A program made the position numbers and the translations under genes. This document shows positions 40,096 through 52,602 of a stretch of DNA of 61,117 nt, in pieces. Position 1 is the stretch's first letter. Every line of letters begins with the position of its first letter. The stretch comes from Nitrospira sp. (GTDB lineage: Bacteria > Nitrospirota > Nitrospiria > Nitrospirales > Nitrospiraceae): NCBI GenBank assembly GCA_029879905.1, contig JAOUPN010000001.1, positions 1-61,117 on the forward strand, read 5' to 3'. Under the pieces are notes generated by a model. The model worked only from the letters and a program-made list of their open reading frames with translations, was not told where the DNA came from and searched no databases.

Positions 40096-41256
40096 TCATC
40101 GTACGCCTTCTTCGAGATTCAATTTCAACGTCAGATACTTCATCAGATCTTTGAGTGTCACAATGCCGGCGAGGTACTCGCCGTCCGTCACCAACAGCCG
40201 GCTGTTCCCGGTCTTATTCATGAGCGACAAGATCGCCGTAGCTGGACTGTGCATGTCGACCGTATTTTCGGCAGAGCAGGGTACGACCACGTCACGAACC
40301 GTCAGATGCATCCACTCATGACGAGGGATGGCGGTAATCTGTTTGGTGCTGACGTATCCAAGAAGTCGTGAATCTTCCAAGACAGGGTAGAGGTCATGAA
40401 GCGAGCGATAGACATGCTCCTCAACCAACTGTTCGAGGGACAGGTGTGGTGACACCGTATCCACCTGTGATGTCATGAAATTCCGAATGGTTGCGCGTTC
40501 CAGTTTTATCCGTGCGACTAACTCGTAATATGAGGTTCTGGCCGCCTCACGGAGAAAGAGGCCTAAGATGAACCACCAGGCACCGACCATAAAGTCGCCG
40601 GTGACCACGTGAAAGATTCCTACCATCATCAGGACGAATCCCAAGACCACGCCGGCAAGGCATGCCGGGCGAGTTGCGTGGCGAATGTCTTTCGTCCGGT
40701 GCCATAAGCCGGCTCGGAGCATGCGCCCTCCGTCGAGAGGGAACGCCGGGATCAGATTCACCCCGCCCAAGAGACTGTTTATGAATGCCAAGTAGCCGAA
40801 GATCCCTAATACCGCGAGAGGAAGATTGGATGCATACCCTGCTTGGAGTACCAGATAACAGGCGGCGCTCAGGGTAAAGCTGGCCAGGGGGCCGGCAATC
40901 GCCAGAAGAAAATCCGCCTTGGGGTTTGGCGGTTCCTCTTCCATCTGCGCGACTCCCCCGAAGACGTAGAGTGTGATGTTTTTGAACGGAACTCCCTGTT
41001 GCTTGGCCACAAAGGAATGGGCCAATTCGTGAAAAAGGAGCGACCCCAAAAGCCCTACAGCTCCGGCTGCCCCCATCCACCAATAGGTGAATGTCTCGAG
41101 CCCAAGATAGTGGGTGGGGAAATACCCCTTCGCCAGCGACCATGTGACAAGGATTGCGAGGAAGATCCAGCTGAAGCTTAATCGGACTGTAAATCCAAAA
41201 ATGGTCAATGACATGATCGGTTTCGCGGGCAACTCCTCTTTGTCTGCGGCGTTCAT
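40096..41256 (-). CDS. Site-2 protease (M50) with tandem CBS domains
   Basis: HELAH, FGGVA, AIAGP, NLIPAFPLDGG, C-terminal CBS pair (GIVTLKDL). Confidence 0.93.
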   Translation of the reverse strand: MNAADKEELPAKPIMSLTIFGFTVRLSFSWIFLAILVTWSLAKGYFPTHYLGLETFTYWWMGAAGAVGLLGSLLFHELAHSFVAKQQGVPFKNITLYVFGGVAQMEEEPPNPKADFLLAIAGPLASFTLSAACYLVLQAGYASNLPLAVLGIFGYLAFINSLLGGVNLIPAFPLDGGRMLRAGLWHRTKDIRHATRPACLAGVVLGFVLMMVGIFHVVTGDFMVGAWWFILGLFLREAARTSYYELVARIKLERATIRNFMTSQVDTVSPHLSLEQLVEEHVYRSLHDLYPVLEDSRLLGYVSTKQITAIPRHEWMHLTVRDVVVPCSAENTVDMHSPATAILSLMNKTGNSRLLVTDGEYLAGIVTLKDLMKYLTLKLNLEEGVR

Positions 41257-41506
41257 GTTAGACGAATCTCCTCACACCGTCCACGACATGCTTTTTTAGC
41301 TGTCTCGCCGCAAAGTCGAAACCACCTCGCCTTGTCCATAGGAATGTCAGGCAAGATGTATCCATTCTTCTCTGTGGCATCTTGCAACAGTCCCTTTAGT
41401 CTGTATGGGGTCTTTTGCCTGTGTGCAGAGCAAAAAGATTCCATAACCTCTTTTCCGATCATGGCAAATGGCACCTTGTTATGCGGTGGAATGATGGTCG
41501 CGTGTT

Positions 41507-41521
41507 TGGCACAGGGCTTGC
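41507..41521 (+). promoter_or_regulatory. Putative sigma54 -24/-12 promoter of the por-atp cluster
   Basis: TGGCAC-agggc-TTGC, full consensus with GG-N10-GC spacing, about 190 nt upstream of the first gene. Confidence 0.65.
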
Positions 41522-41709
41522 GCATTCGATTGAAAGGTGGAAATCACCCGGTTTGTCCTCTGAAGGAAATGTGGCCCATGAAATCGTATTCTCCATGATC
41601 CTCGTCTATTCAGTGGCCGTCGCGCAAGTGGGTACGAAGGATTTCATTGGATGTCGGATGAGAAGAGGAGGGTGATGGCTCTTATCCGACGTAGCATCGC
41701 GTAGACTGT

Positions 41710-42375
41710 ATGAGACAGGAGGAAAGAACGAAGGGGGCTGTGCGTGAGGAACCGCAGGGCGTATCGACGATCGTGTATGCCGTGCGGATTTACGGTCGAG
41801 GCGGACAGGGTGTGGTGACGGCGGCAGAGCTGTTGTCGATGGCGGCATTTGCCGACGGCCAGTATGCTCAAGCCTTTCCTAGTTTCGGATCGGAACGAAT
41901 GGGGGCTCCGGTGACGGCGTTTTGTCGTATTGCCGGACAAGCCATACGTACTCGCGAAGCGGTGACCCAACCGGATGTGGTGATCATTCAGGACGCCACG
42001 TTGCTGCACCATGTCGAGCTGTTCGCCGGATTGTCTGCTGAGGGCATGGTTCTGATCAACTCAATCCGTTCGGTAGAGGACCTGGGGATCGACGATCTGC
42101 TGAGATCGATGCCGCCCGGCCACGTGTGTGTCGTCCCTGCGTCCGATATCAGCCTGCACCACATGCAGCGGCCGATTGCCAATACCCCCCTATTGGGCGC
42201 ATTCGCCGCATTGACGGAGATCGTCGATCTAGCCTCGGTGCAGTCAGCAATTCGCGTGAAGTTCACCGGAGAGTTGGGTCGTGCGAATGCCGCTGCCGCG
42301 CAGGAAGGGTATGAATATGTAAAGACCCGTCAGGGTCAAGGGAGGAGCGGGCCACGTTATGCACGCACAAATTGA
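41710..42375 (+). CDS. porC: Pyruvate/2-oxoacid:ferredoxin oxidoreductase gamma subunit
   Basis: GRGGQGVVTAAELL, AFPSFGSERMGAPV.AFCR, NT.LLGA. Confidence 0.9.
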   Translation: MRQEERTKGAVREEPQGVSTIVYAVRIYGRGGQGVVTAAELLSMAAFADGQYAQAFPSFGSERMGAPVTAFCRIAGQAIRTREAVTQPDVVIIQDATLLHHVELFAGLSAEGMVLINSIRSVEDLGIDDLLRSMPPGHVCVVPASDISLHHMQRPIANTPLLGAFAALTEIVDLASVQSAIRVKFTGELGRANAAAAQEGYEYVKTRQGQGRSGPRYARTN

Positions 42376-43612
42376 AGGGTCGGAGGCTGTCTCGCGGGCG
42401 GTTGTGCTCTGCAGACCGGATGTCATTGCGGCCTATCCGATTTCGCCGCAGACCCACATCGTGGAACGGTTATCACGCATGGTCAGTCAGGGCGATGCCG
42501 GCCGGTGTCAGTATCTGAACGTGGAATCCGAGTTCGCTGCACTCAGCGTGCTGATCGGCGCATCTGCAACCGGCGCGCGGACCTATACGGCAACAACCAG
42601 TCAGGGGCTCTTGTTTATGGCCGAGGCCCTGTACAACGCAGCAGGTCTCGGATTGCCGATCGTCATGACGATTGCGAATCGGGCTGTCGGGGCTCCGATC
42701 AATATTTGGAACGATCATTCGGACAGTATGGCCTTGCGAGATGCAGGGTGGATCCAGCTCTATGCGGAAACAAATCAGGAGGCGGCGGATCTTCATATCC
42801 AGGCATTCCGTCTGGCTGAAGAACTGAGTTGCCCGGTGATGGTGTGCATGGACGGATATATTCTCACCCATGCCTATGAGCCGGTCGACATGCCGTCCCC
42901 TGCGCTTGTCGATGAATTTCTCCCTCCCTTTTCTCCCGTGCAAGTTCTGGATCCTGACGCGCCGGTGTCGATCGGTGCGATGGTGGGGCCGGAAGCCTTT
43001 ACCGAAGTGAAATATCTTGCGCATCAACAACATCTCCGTGCATTGACGCTCGTGCCGGAGATTGCCGATGCGTTCGAGCAACGGTTCGGCCGTGTCTCGG
43101 GAGGCCTCTGTACGACCTATCGAATGGACGATGCCGACATGGTCGTGATCGCGCTGGGGTCCGTGGTCGGGACCATCAAAGATGCCGTCGACGAGTTACG
43201 CAAGGAAGGTATTGCGGTCGGTTGTATGAAGATCGGGTGTTATCGACCGTTTCCCGCCCTCCGAGTACGCGAGGCACTGGAGCGATGCACGCGCGTGGTG
43301 GTGGTGGAAAAAGATCTCTCGGTGGGGATGGGAGGCATCGTCTCGGCCGATGTGCGAATGGCCCTCAATGGTTTGCCGATACCGGTTCATACGGTGATTG
43401 CCGGATTAGGGGGGCGGTCTATTTCGACGGTTTCTCTGAAGCAGATGGTGCGTGACGCCCGTGCGGAACGGCTGAGTGAACCCTATTTTCTGGATTTGAA
43501 TGAGAAGGTCGTCAATGAGGTATTCCTCAATAGGCAGGAACGGCGACAAGCAGGACCACTTCCAGAGCAATTGATTCGTTCTATGAATCCCATCGGGGTA
43601 AGAGACGTGTGA
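42359..43612 (+). CDS. porA: Pyruvate/2-oxoacid:ferredoxin oxidoreductase alpha subunit
   Basis: AYPISPQT, VESE, TATTSQGL, NRA..APINIWNDHSD, GLGGR. Confidence 0.92.
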   Translation: MHAQIEGSEAVSRAVVLCRPDVIAAYPISPQTHIVERLSRMVSQGDAGRCQYLNVESEFAALSVLIGASATGARTYTATTSQGLLFMAEALYNAAGLGLPIVMTIANRAVGAPINIWNDHSDSMALRDAGWIQLYAETNQEAADLHIQAFRLAEELSCPVMVCMDGYILTHAYEPVDMPSPALVDEFLPPFSPVQVLDPDAPVSIGAMVGPEAFTEVKYLAHQQHLRALTLVPEIADAFEQRFGRVSGGLCTTYRMDDADMVVIALGSVVGTIKDAVDELRKEGIAVGCMKIGCYRPFPALRVREALERCTRVVVVEKDLSVGMGGIVSADVRMALNGLPIPVHTVIAGLGGRSISTVSLKQMVRDARAERLSEPYFLDLNEKVVNEVFLNRQERRQAGPLPEQLIRSMNPIGVRDV

Positions 43613-44625
43613 CGGGGCCCGTGATGACGACGCAACGATTCAAGTTTTATCAGACAGGAACATACACAGCGGGAAACCGATTGCTTGATGAAGGACTGCG
43701 TGCGGGGCAATCGCGGACGGATCGCAGTAATGCTCTGAACTCCGGTCATCGAGCCTGTCAAGGGTGCGGCGAGGCCTTGGGCGCACGGTATGCCGTGGAT
43801 GCGGCGATGCGGGCAGCGCGGAATCGCCTGATCGCAGTCAATGCCACCGGATGCCTTGAAGTCTTTTCGAGTCCCTATCCGGAAAGTGCCTGGCAGGTTC
43901 CTTGGATGCATTCGGTGTTCGGCAATGCTCCGGCGGTTGCGAGCGGAGTGGCGGCCGCCTTGCGCGCGAAAGGGCGTGATGATGTGAAAGTCCTTGCGCA
44001 AGGCGGAGACGGTGCGACGGTGGACATCGGGTTCGGTTGCCTCTCGGGCATGTTCGAACGAAATGATGATGTGCTGTATGTGTGTTACGACAATGAAGCG
44101 TACATGAACACCGGCATTCAACGGTCCGGGGCCACGCCGCCGTTTGCTCGTACGAATACCACGCAAGCCGTCGGCGATGTCCCGGGCAATGCGCCGGGAA
44201 CCGGCAAGAATGTACCTCGTATCGCCATGGCTCACGGTATCCCCTATGTGGCCACGGCTTCCATCGCCGATCTTCACGATTTGGAAGCGAAGATCTCGAC
44301 CGCGATGACGATGGCCGGCGCACGATACGTCCATATCCATGTGCCCTGTCCGCTCGGATGGGGAAGCGATCCCGCCCATACGATCAAGGTCGCGAGAATG
44401 GCGGTGCAGTCAGGTCTCTTTCCTCTGTTCGAAGCACGGTCTGGCAGGGTCGTGAATCGGACGTGCATACGACGAAACGTGTCGGTCGAGCCGTATCTCA
44501 AGTTGCAAACGCGATTCAGACATCTGTTCGAACCGCGCAGAAACGACGAGGCCATCGCGGCGATCCAACACATCGCCGACGAGCATATCGCCCTGTACGG
44601 TCTGCTTACAGAAGGAGACGGATGA
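43609..44625 (+). CDS. porB: Pyruvate/2-oxoacid:ferredoxin oxidoreductase beta (TPP-binding) subunit
   Basis: GHRACQGCG, TGC, GGDG...DNEAYMNTGIQRS, PCPLGW. Confidence 0.92.
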   Translation: MTGPVMTTQRFKFYQTGTYTAGNRLLDEGLRAGQSRTDRSNALNSGHRACQGCGEALGARYAVDAAMRAARNRLIAVNATGCLEVFSSPYPESAWQVPWMHSVFGNAPAVASGVAAALRAKGRDDVKVLAQGGDGATVDIGFGCLSGMFERNDDVLYVCYDNEAYMNTGIQRSGATPPFARTNTTQAVGDVPGNAPGTGKNVPRIAMAHGIPYVATASIADLHDLEAKISTAMTMAGARYVHIHVPCPLGWGSDPAHTIKVARMAVQSGLFPLFEARSGRVVNRTCIRRNVSVEPYLKLQTRFRHLFEPRRNDEAIAAIQHIADEHIALYGLLTEGDG

Positions 44626-46247
44626 AACCGAAGCCCTTTGCGATCACGCTCGATCCGAACAGCAGTCTGGCCAACCATACGGGGAATTGGCGGACGTTCA
44701 AGCCTATGTATGTGAACCGTCTGCCGCCTTGCAATCACGCCTGTCCGGCCGGAGAAAATATTCAAGCCTGGCTCTCGCTCGCGGAAGAACGCGACTATGA
44801 AGCCGCCTGGCGGCGTCTGATGGAAGACAATCCACTGCCGGCTATTCACGGACGTGTCTGTTACCACCCCTGCGAGGGGGCGTGCAACCGTGGACAGTTG
44901 GACGAGGCCGTGGGTATCCATGCGGTGGAACGCTTTCTCGGCGATCTGGCGATGAAAGAACAATGGCGGGTGCGGTGCGCACCATCGACGGGGAAGAAGG
45001 TGTTGATCGTGGGGGCGGGACCGAGCGGCCTATCTGCCGCCTACCACCTTGCACGAATGGGGCATGCGGTCACGATCTGTGAATCTTCTGAGAAGCCCGG
45101 TGGCATGATGCGCTACGGAATTCCTTCCTACAGGCTTCCGCGTGAGATCATTGATGCCGAGGTCAAACGGATCGAAGCGATGGGAGTCAGAATTCGGCTC
45201 AATGCGAAGGTTGAGGACCTGGACGCCACGATCAAGGCGGGTGGCTTTCACGCGACGTTTCTTGCGGTCGGGGCCCATCTGTCCAAGCGTATCGACATCC
45301 CGGGCTTTGACGCCAAGCGGTTGCTCGATGCCGCAACGTTTCTTCGCGACATGGAAAGCGCGGATCCGATCAAGATCGGGCGTCGAGTGGCCGTCTATGG
45401 AGGCGGCAATACGGCGATCGACGTAGCGCGTAGCGTCGAGCGTCTGGGAGCCGAGCCGGTGATCATCTACAGACGGGACGAAGCTCATGCTCCCTCGTTG
45501 AAGGAGGAAGTTGCCGAATCCCGTGAAGAGGGTGTGCAGTTCCATTGGCTGCGCACGATCACGAAGGGAACCGACAAGCAGTTGACGCTTGAAGTGATGG
45601 AGTTGGACGAACACGGCAAGCCTACCCCCACAGGCCGATTTGAAACGGTTGAGGCTGATACGGTGGTGCTTGCCCTCGGACAACAAGCCGATACGGGGTT
45701 CTTGAAAAATGTGACGGGGATTCGCCTCTTGGACGACGGCAGCCTTGACGTCGACGAACAGATGAGGACGGGCCACCCAGGGCTCTTTGCCGGCGGCGAC
45801 ATGACCCCGGGTGAACAGTCCGTCAGCGTGGCGACCGGTCACGGGAAACGCGCCGCCCGCCAGATCGATGCCTATATGCGCGGGACGCAATACGTAAGCG
45901 CTCCGTCCCATCCGCTTGCGACGTTTGATCGGCTGAATACCTGGTACTACACCGATGCGGAAGCATCAAAGCAGCCGGTGCTGGTTCTCGCAAGAAGGCG
46001 TACGACTTTTGACGAAATGGTATCGGGATTGGATGTGGACACGGCATTGCTGGAGGCGCGTCGGTGTTTGTCCTGTGGGAATTGTTTCGAATGTGACAAC
46101 TGCTATGCCGTATGTCCCGATAACGCGGTGCTGAAGCTGGGATCGGGGAATCGTTTTACTATCAACTATGACTATTGCAAAGGCTGCGGCATGTGTGCGG
46201 AAGAATGTCCCTGCGGGGCGATCGACATGATGAGGGAAGAGAAATAG
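44622..46247 (+). CDS. FAD/NAD(P)-dependent GltD-like oxidoreductase fused with PorD-type 2x[4Fe-4S] ferredoxin
   Basis: TGNWRT..P, PCNHACPAG, GRVCYHPCE..CNR, GAGPSG, GGGNTAID, YRR, C-terminal CFECDNCYAVCP and CKGCGMCAEECP. ATGA overlap with porB. Confidence 0.9.
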   Translation: MKPKPFAITLDPNSSLANHTGNWRTFKPMYVNRLPPCNHACPAGENIQAWLSLAEERDYEAAWRRLMEDNPLPAIHGRVCYHPCEGACNRGQLDEAVGIHAVERFLGDLAMKEQWRVRCAPSTGKKVLIVGAGPSGLSAAYHLARMGHAVTICESSEKPGGMMRYGIPSYRLPREIIDAEVKRIEAMGVRIRLNAKVEDLDATIKAGGFHATFLAVGAHLSKRIDIPGFDAKRLLDAATFLRDMESADPIKIGRRVAVYGGGNTAIDVARSVERLGAEPVIIYRRDEAHAPSLKEEVAESREEGVQFHWLRTITKGTDKQLTLEVMELDEHGKPTPTGRFETVEADTVVLALGQQADTGFLKNVTGIRLLDDGSLDVDEQMRTGHPGLFAGGDMTPGEQSVSVATGHGKRAARQIDAYMRGTQYVSAPSHPLATFDRLNTWYYTDAEASKQPVLVLARRRTTFDEMVSGLDVDTALLEARRCLSCGNCFECDNCYAVCPDNAVLKLGSGNRFTINYDYCKGCGMCAEECPCGAIDMMREEK

Positions 46248-46325
46248 GCATGGCCGGCTTAGCCGGCGAAGCGGGTCTCAATCTGAGTCGGTAAAATATG
46301 ATGTTCTCAAAGAGGAGTGACAGCC

Positions 46326-46910
46326 ATGAGCACAAAACTCAAGAAGCACTATGACACATCGTACAAGAAGAAGGAGGATCCCCAGCATGATCCCTATGCG
46401 ATGCGCAAGGCCCCCAAAGTGCCTGCAATCTGCAGGAAGTGCCTGGCGATTTATGCAGATAAGCGGTGGCATTTCGATAATGCTCAAGCCTCCAAGCTGG
46501 CCGCGTCTCCTCGGACGCAGAAGTTGGTCTGTCCGGCCTGCCAAAAGATCAAGGAGGATTATCCGGAAGGTATAGTGACCTTGAAGTGGTCGCATCTGAA
46601 AGATTATGACGCCGAGCTCAGAGGATTGATCGCCAATGTGGAAAAGCGCGCGGTTTCGGTCAACCCTCTCGACCGCGTGATGAAGATCGTCAAGCGCAAG
46701 AAGGATTTGGAAGTACAGACAACCAAAGATCGGTTGGCTCAGCGTCTCGGTCGGGCCTTGGTGCGCTCGTACAAAGGAAAGGCCGCGTATATGTGGGCCC
46801 ATCGCGACATGATGCTTCGGGTGACATGGGAGGGACCGGAGGAGGAGGTACAGTCAAAGGCAAAACCAAAGGTGAAACAAAAGGCGGTGCGTCGTACGAG
46901 CCAGAGATAG
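46326..46910 (+). CDS. BCAM0308-family protein
   Basis: DPY, CRKC.AIY..KRW, CPACQKI...YP.G, NPL.R.M, TT..LAQRLGRAL, RVTW. Confidence 0.8.
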   Translation: MSTKLKKHYDTSYKKKEDPQHDPYAMRKAPKVPAICRKCLAIYADKRWHFDNAQASKLAASPRTQKLVCPACQKIKEDYPEGIVTLKWSHLKDYDAELRGLIANVEKRAVSVNPLDRVMKIVKRKKDLEVQTTKDRLAQRLGRALVRSYKGKAAYMWAHRDMMLRVTWEGPEEEVQSKAKPKVKQKAVRRTSQR

Positions 46911-46948
46911 GACATGAGAGCCGGCGGTCTTTTTTAAGGAGCTAACGG

Positions 46949-47206
46949 ATGAAACTCGACGTCAAGGCTTGTGCGCTGGCTGCCGGATTGATTTGGGGAC
47001 TGGGCCTCTTTTGCCTGACATGGTGGATTATTGCCTTTGACGGCTCGACGGGAGAGGCGACGATCATCGGACGCCTCTATCGTGGGTATGCAATCACGCC
47101 GATCGGTAGTATGATCGGCATGGTGTGGGGGTTTTTTGACGGCCTCATCGGAGGCGCTCTCTTCGCGTGGTTGTATAACCGATTGGTCGTTCGGCCTGGA
47201 TCATAG
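46949..47206 (+). CDS. Small membrane protein (family often annotated holin-like)
   Basis: 85 aa. Two hydrophobic segments, Y.GY....GS.IG..WGF.DG.IGG..FAWLYN. TAAGGAG RBS. Confidence 0.75.
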   Translation: MKLDVKACALAAGLIWGLGLFCLTWWIIAFDGSTGEATIIGRLYRGYAITPIGSMIGMVWGFFDGLIGGALFAWLYNRLVVRPGS

Positions 47207-47243
47207 ACGGTCTGGTCGAAAGGGATGAATATGTTTTGTCTGA

Positions 47244-49095
<1,852 letters not shown>

Positions 49096-49099
<4 letters not shown>

Positions 49100-49368
49100 C
49101 CGACGTCGAAAAGAAACTCAAAGATCGTATACGCCTGCAAGCTCGTCGGATGAAGCAGGCGGAACGTGATCGTTCGACCTTATTGGCGCAAACCGTGTAT
49201 GTGGGGACTCTGGGTGTGCTGATGGTCGTCCCTATTGTGCTCGGCGCCTATGTGGGACTGTGGCTGGATGGTCTGGCGGAAGGCTATTCGATACGGTGGA
49301 CGATAAGCTTGATTCTGCTGGGTGCCATAATCGGAGCGGTGAATATCTATTTCTTCGTGAAAGAGTGA
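49096..49368 (+). CDS. AtpZ/AtpI-like (AtpQ) membrane protein
   Basis: G.LG...VVP.V.GAY.G.WLD...WT.SL..LG. Position in the operon. Confidence 0.85.
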
Positions 49369-49371
49369 CGT

Positions 49372-50055
49372 ATGGAAGTGAGTCCGGTCTTTTCTATCGG
49401 TCCGATCGTCGTGACGGTTCCTGTGGTGACGACATGGGGAATTATGGCGGTGTTCGTGCTTGTGTCATGGCTGGCGACCAGGCAGTTGCGACAGGAACCG
49501 GGAGCGATACAGGTCCTTCTTGAGGGGGTGATCGATACGATGGATCACGCCATACGTGAGGTCGTGCCGAGTGCCGCGTCTCAGCTTCTGCCCTTTATCG
49601 GCACATTGTGGGTATTCTTGGCCGTGGCCAATCTGGTCGGTATTATTCCCGGCATTCACTCGCCGACAGGATCGTTATCCGTGACGGCGGCGTTGGCGGT
49701 TCTCGTGCTTTTCTCTGCCCATTGGTACGGCATCAGATCCGAAGGTGTTGCGGCCTATCTCAAGCATTACCTCACCCCGAACCCGATTCTGCTGCCGTTC
49801 CATCTGATGAGCGAGGTCACGAGGACGATTGCGTTGGCTGTTCGGTTGTTTGGAAATATTATGAGTCTCGAAACGGCCGTGATGATGGTCTTGTTGGTGG
49901 CGGGATTTCTGGTGCCGGTTCCGCTTTTAATGCTGCACGTGATCGAAGCCCTTATTCAAGCCTATATTTTCGGTATGCTCGCGCTCATCTATATCGCCGG
50001 CGCGATCCAGTCCCAGCAACAGCGTCAATCTGAAAAGAGGGAGCATCATGCGTGA
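49372..50055 (+). CDS. atpB: ATPase a subunit
   Basis: [18 protein letters not shown] (stator Arg), IQAYIF..L..YI. Confidence 0.95.
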   Translation: MEVSPVFSIGPIVVTVPVVTTWGIMAVFVLVSWLATRQLRQEPGAIQVLLEGVIDTMDHAIREVVPSAASQLLPFIGTLWVFLAVANLVGIIPGIHSPTGSLSVTAALAVLVLFSAHWYGIRSEGVAAYLKHYLTPNPILLPFHLMSEVTRTIALAVRLFGNIMSLETAVMMVLLVAGFLVPVPLLMLHVIEALIQAYIFGMLALIYIAGAIQSQQQRQSEKREHHA

Positions 50056-50317
50056 TATCAGTTGGTTTGCGTTGGCGTCAACCGTAGTTGCCGCGTTGGC
50101 CATTGCCGTCGGTACGATGGTGCCGGCCATTGCGATGGGGCGCGCGATCAGTCAGGCCTTGGAAGCGTTGGCGCGACAGCCTGAGGCGGAACGATCAATC
50201 ATGCGCACCCTGTTCATCGGGTTGGCCATGATCGAGTCATTGGCGATCTACTGTCTGGTGATCGCATTGATCATCCTGTTCCGTAATCCATTGATGGAAT
50301 ATCTGTTCAAGCCTTAG
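50048..50317 (+). CDS. atpE: ATPase c subunit
   Basis: ARQPEA loop, [11 protein letters not shown]. Confidence 0.95.
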   Translation: MRDISWFALASTVVAALAIAVGTMVPAIAMGRAISQALEALARQPEAERSIMRTLFIGLAMIESLAIYCLVIALIILFRNPLMEYLFKP

Positions 50318-50360
50318 GCGATTCTGTTGGGCAGCCGCGCTCTCTTGCGGCGCAGGGAGC

Positions 50361-51113
50361 ATGAACGTGGAACTGGATTGGTCGACGTTTGTCCTTGAAA
50401 TCATCAATGTGTTGGTTTTGGTGTGGTTGCTGACGCGATTTCTGTATCGTCCGGTCATGACGATCATCGAGGAGCGAAAGAGCGCCATCGCACAAACCGT
50501 CTCCGAGGCGCATGCGGCGCAACAAGAGGCGACGGCACTCCGGGAACAATACGAACGACGTTTGATGGAGTGGGAAAAGGAAAAAGAGCAGGCACGCGCC
50601 ACGTTCCAAGAGGAACTCAGCGCGGAGCGACAGCACAAATTGGATGATGTGCAGGCCGAAATGGAGAAGGTCCGGGAGCAGCATGCGGCAAGAGAAATCC
50701 GACACTTAAAGGAGACGGTTCGGCAAGCGGAAAGCGCCGCGATTATGCACGGACGGCAATTCGCATCGGTGCTTCTCGGGCGCGTCGCCGGTCCTGAGTT
50801 GGAACGCAAGCTCATTGAGGCCGTATTGGAGGATCTACAGCAACTCACTTCGAGTCAGGTCGCTGCGATTACAGGATCGCTTCCGGCAAGCGGACGGGGT
50901 CGCATCACCACGGCGTTTCCCCTGGAGTCGAGACAGCGTGAGTTGCTGGTCCGGCGGTTGGGGGAATTGTGCGTAGGCCGATTGGAGTGGGAGTTCGTCG
51001 AAGATCGAGAATTGCTTGCGGGACTGCGGGTAAGCCTCGGCGGATGGGTGCTTGGCGGTAATCTGCGTGATGAGTTGAAATTGTTCGGGGAGAGCGGAGC
51101 CAATGGCGACTGA
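50361..51113 (+). CDS. atpF: ATPase b subunit with fused delta-like C-terminal domain
   Basis: DW.TF..EIIN..VLVWLL.RFLYRP, coiled coil, C-terminal TAFPL...F..D.EL.AG. Confidence 0.9.
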   Translation: MNVELDWSTFVLEIINVLVLVWLLTRFLYRPVMTIIEERKSAIAQTVSEAHAAQQEATALREQYERRLMEWEKEKEQARATFQEELSAERQHKLDDVQAEMEKVREQHAAREIRHLKETVRQAESAAIMHGRQFASVLLGRVAGPELERKLIEAVLEDLQQLTSSQVAAITGSLPASGRGRITTAFPLESRQRELLVRRLGELCVGRLEWEFVEDRELLAGLRVSLGGWVLGGNLRDELKLFGESGANGD

Positions 51114-52602
51114 GGAGTCTGCGGACGAATCCTTGCTGGGTCGGCATGCAGACTGGCTGCGGTCGTATCGGTTCGGCATTCGGGTTGCCGAGCAGGGAAT
51201 CGTGGTGTCGGTGGGTGATGGGATCGCATGGATCGACGGACTGCCTTCCGCCGGGATGGAAGACGTATTGGAGTTCGAAGACGGTAGCCGTGGACTGGTG
51301 GTGGTCCTAAAGAAAGAGGTGATCGGAGCGATTTTGCTCCAGGCGACGGAATCATTGACGGCCGGAACCTCTGTCCATGTATCGGCGAGGAGACTGACGA
51401 TTCCCACAGGAGATGCGTTGCTCGGCCGCGTCATTGATCCTTTGGGAAATCCGCTCGACGGATTGGAGCGTCCGGACTGTCGTACATCCGGACCGCTGGA
51501 TGTGCTGTCGCCTCCCATTATCGCACGCGATAGGGTGAAGAAGCCGCTGTACTCCGGAAACAAAGTCATCGACACATTGATCCCGATCGGCAAGGGGCAG
51601 CGGCAACTCATTATCGGCGACAACGGGCTCGGAAAAAGTACGTTGGCCGTCGATGCCGTGATTCATCAACGGGAGAAAGACGTCACCTGCGTCTATGTGC
51701 TGGTCGGACAGAAGCGAACGACCGTCGTGAATACGATCGAAGCGCTTCGAGAGTATGGAGCGCTGGCACATACGGTCGTTGTGGTGGCCGAGGCGACGGC
51801 TCTTCCGGGACTGACGTTTCTTGCCCCGTTTGCCGGCTGTGCCGTGGCTGAAACCTGGATGGTGCAGGGAAAAGACACAGTGATCGTCTATGACGACCTG
51901 ACGACTCATGCGCAAGCCTACCGAGAGCTGTCTCTTTTGCTTCGGCGGCCTCCCGGTCGGGAGGCTTACCCGGGAGATATTTTTTATCTTCATGCGCGTT
52001 TGCTCGAACGGAGTACCTGTCTCGGGCCGAGCAGAGGCGGAGGCAGCATGACGGCGTTGGCTCTCGTGGAAACAAAGGAAGGGGACATTGCCTCCTATAT
52101 TCCCACGAATCTTATTTCGATTACCGACGGTCAAGTCTATTTGGATCGTCGGCTGTTTTCCGCCGGCATCCTTCCACCGATCGATGTGACCAAGTCCGTC
52201 TCACGGGTCGGAGGAAAGAGTCAACATCGGCGGATTAAAGAAAAAGCCGGACGTATGAAGCTCGATTATCTGCGGTTCTTGGAACTCGAAACCTTCACGA
52301 GGTTCGGGACCAAGCTGGAAGCGTCGATGGAAAGGATGCTTCTCAGAGGCCGTGTGCTACGTGAGCTGCTCAAGCAGGATCGTTTCTCCCCCCTCTCCAT
52401 CGAATACAACCTGGCATGGTTGATTGCCTACGATATGGGCCTATTCGACCGGATTGAAAAAGATGCATTTTCCGGATTGATGGAGGCCTTGATGTCGAAG
52501 GTCTCAAAAAGCACATTAACGCTCGATGATCCGGAAGAGCAGTGGCGCCATAGTGTGACGGTATGGTGCCGGGAGTTGGGTGTTCGTGACCAAACGTCGT
52601 GA
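51103..52602 (+). CDS. atpA: ATPase alpha subunit
   Basis: [46 protein letters not shown]. Confidence 0.96.
   Translation: MATEESADESLLGRHADWLRSYRFGIRVAEQGIVVSVGDGIAWIDGLPSAGMEDVLEFEDGSRGLVVVLKKEVIGAILLQATESLTAGTSVHVSARRLTIPTGDALLGRVIDPLGNPLDGLERPDCRTSGPLDVLSPPIIARDRVKKPLYSGNKVIDTLIPIGKGQRQLIIGDNGLGKSTLAVDAVIHQREKDVTCVYVLVGQKRTTVVNTIEALREYGALAHTVVVVAEATALPGLTFLAPFAGCAVAETWMVQGKDTVIVYDDLTTHAQAYRELSLLLRRPPGREAYPGDIFYLHARLLERSTCLGPSRGGGSMTALALVETKEGDIASYIPTNLISITDGQVYLDRRLFSAGILPPIDVTKSVSRVGGKSQHRRIKEKAGRMKLDYLRFLELETFTRFGTKLEASMERMLLRGRVLRELLKQDRFSPLSIEYNLAWLIAYDMGLFDRIEKDAFSGLMEALMSKVSKSTLTLDDPEEQWRHSVTVWCRELGVRDQTS

Noticed and set aside
41469-41484. Second TGGCAC sigma54-like site
   Set aside because: Spacing is GG-N11-GC, not N10.
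46949-47206. Prophage suggested by the holin-like gene
   Set aside because: No endolysin, structural, terminase or integrase genes nearby.
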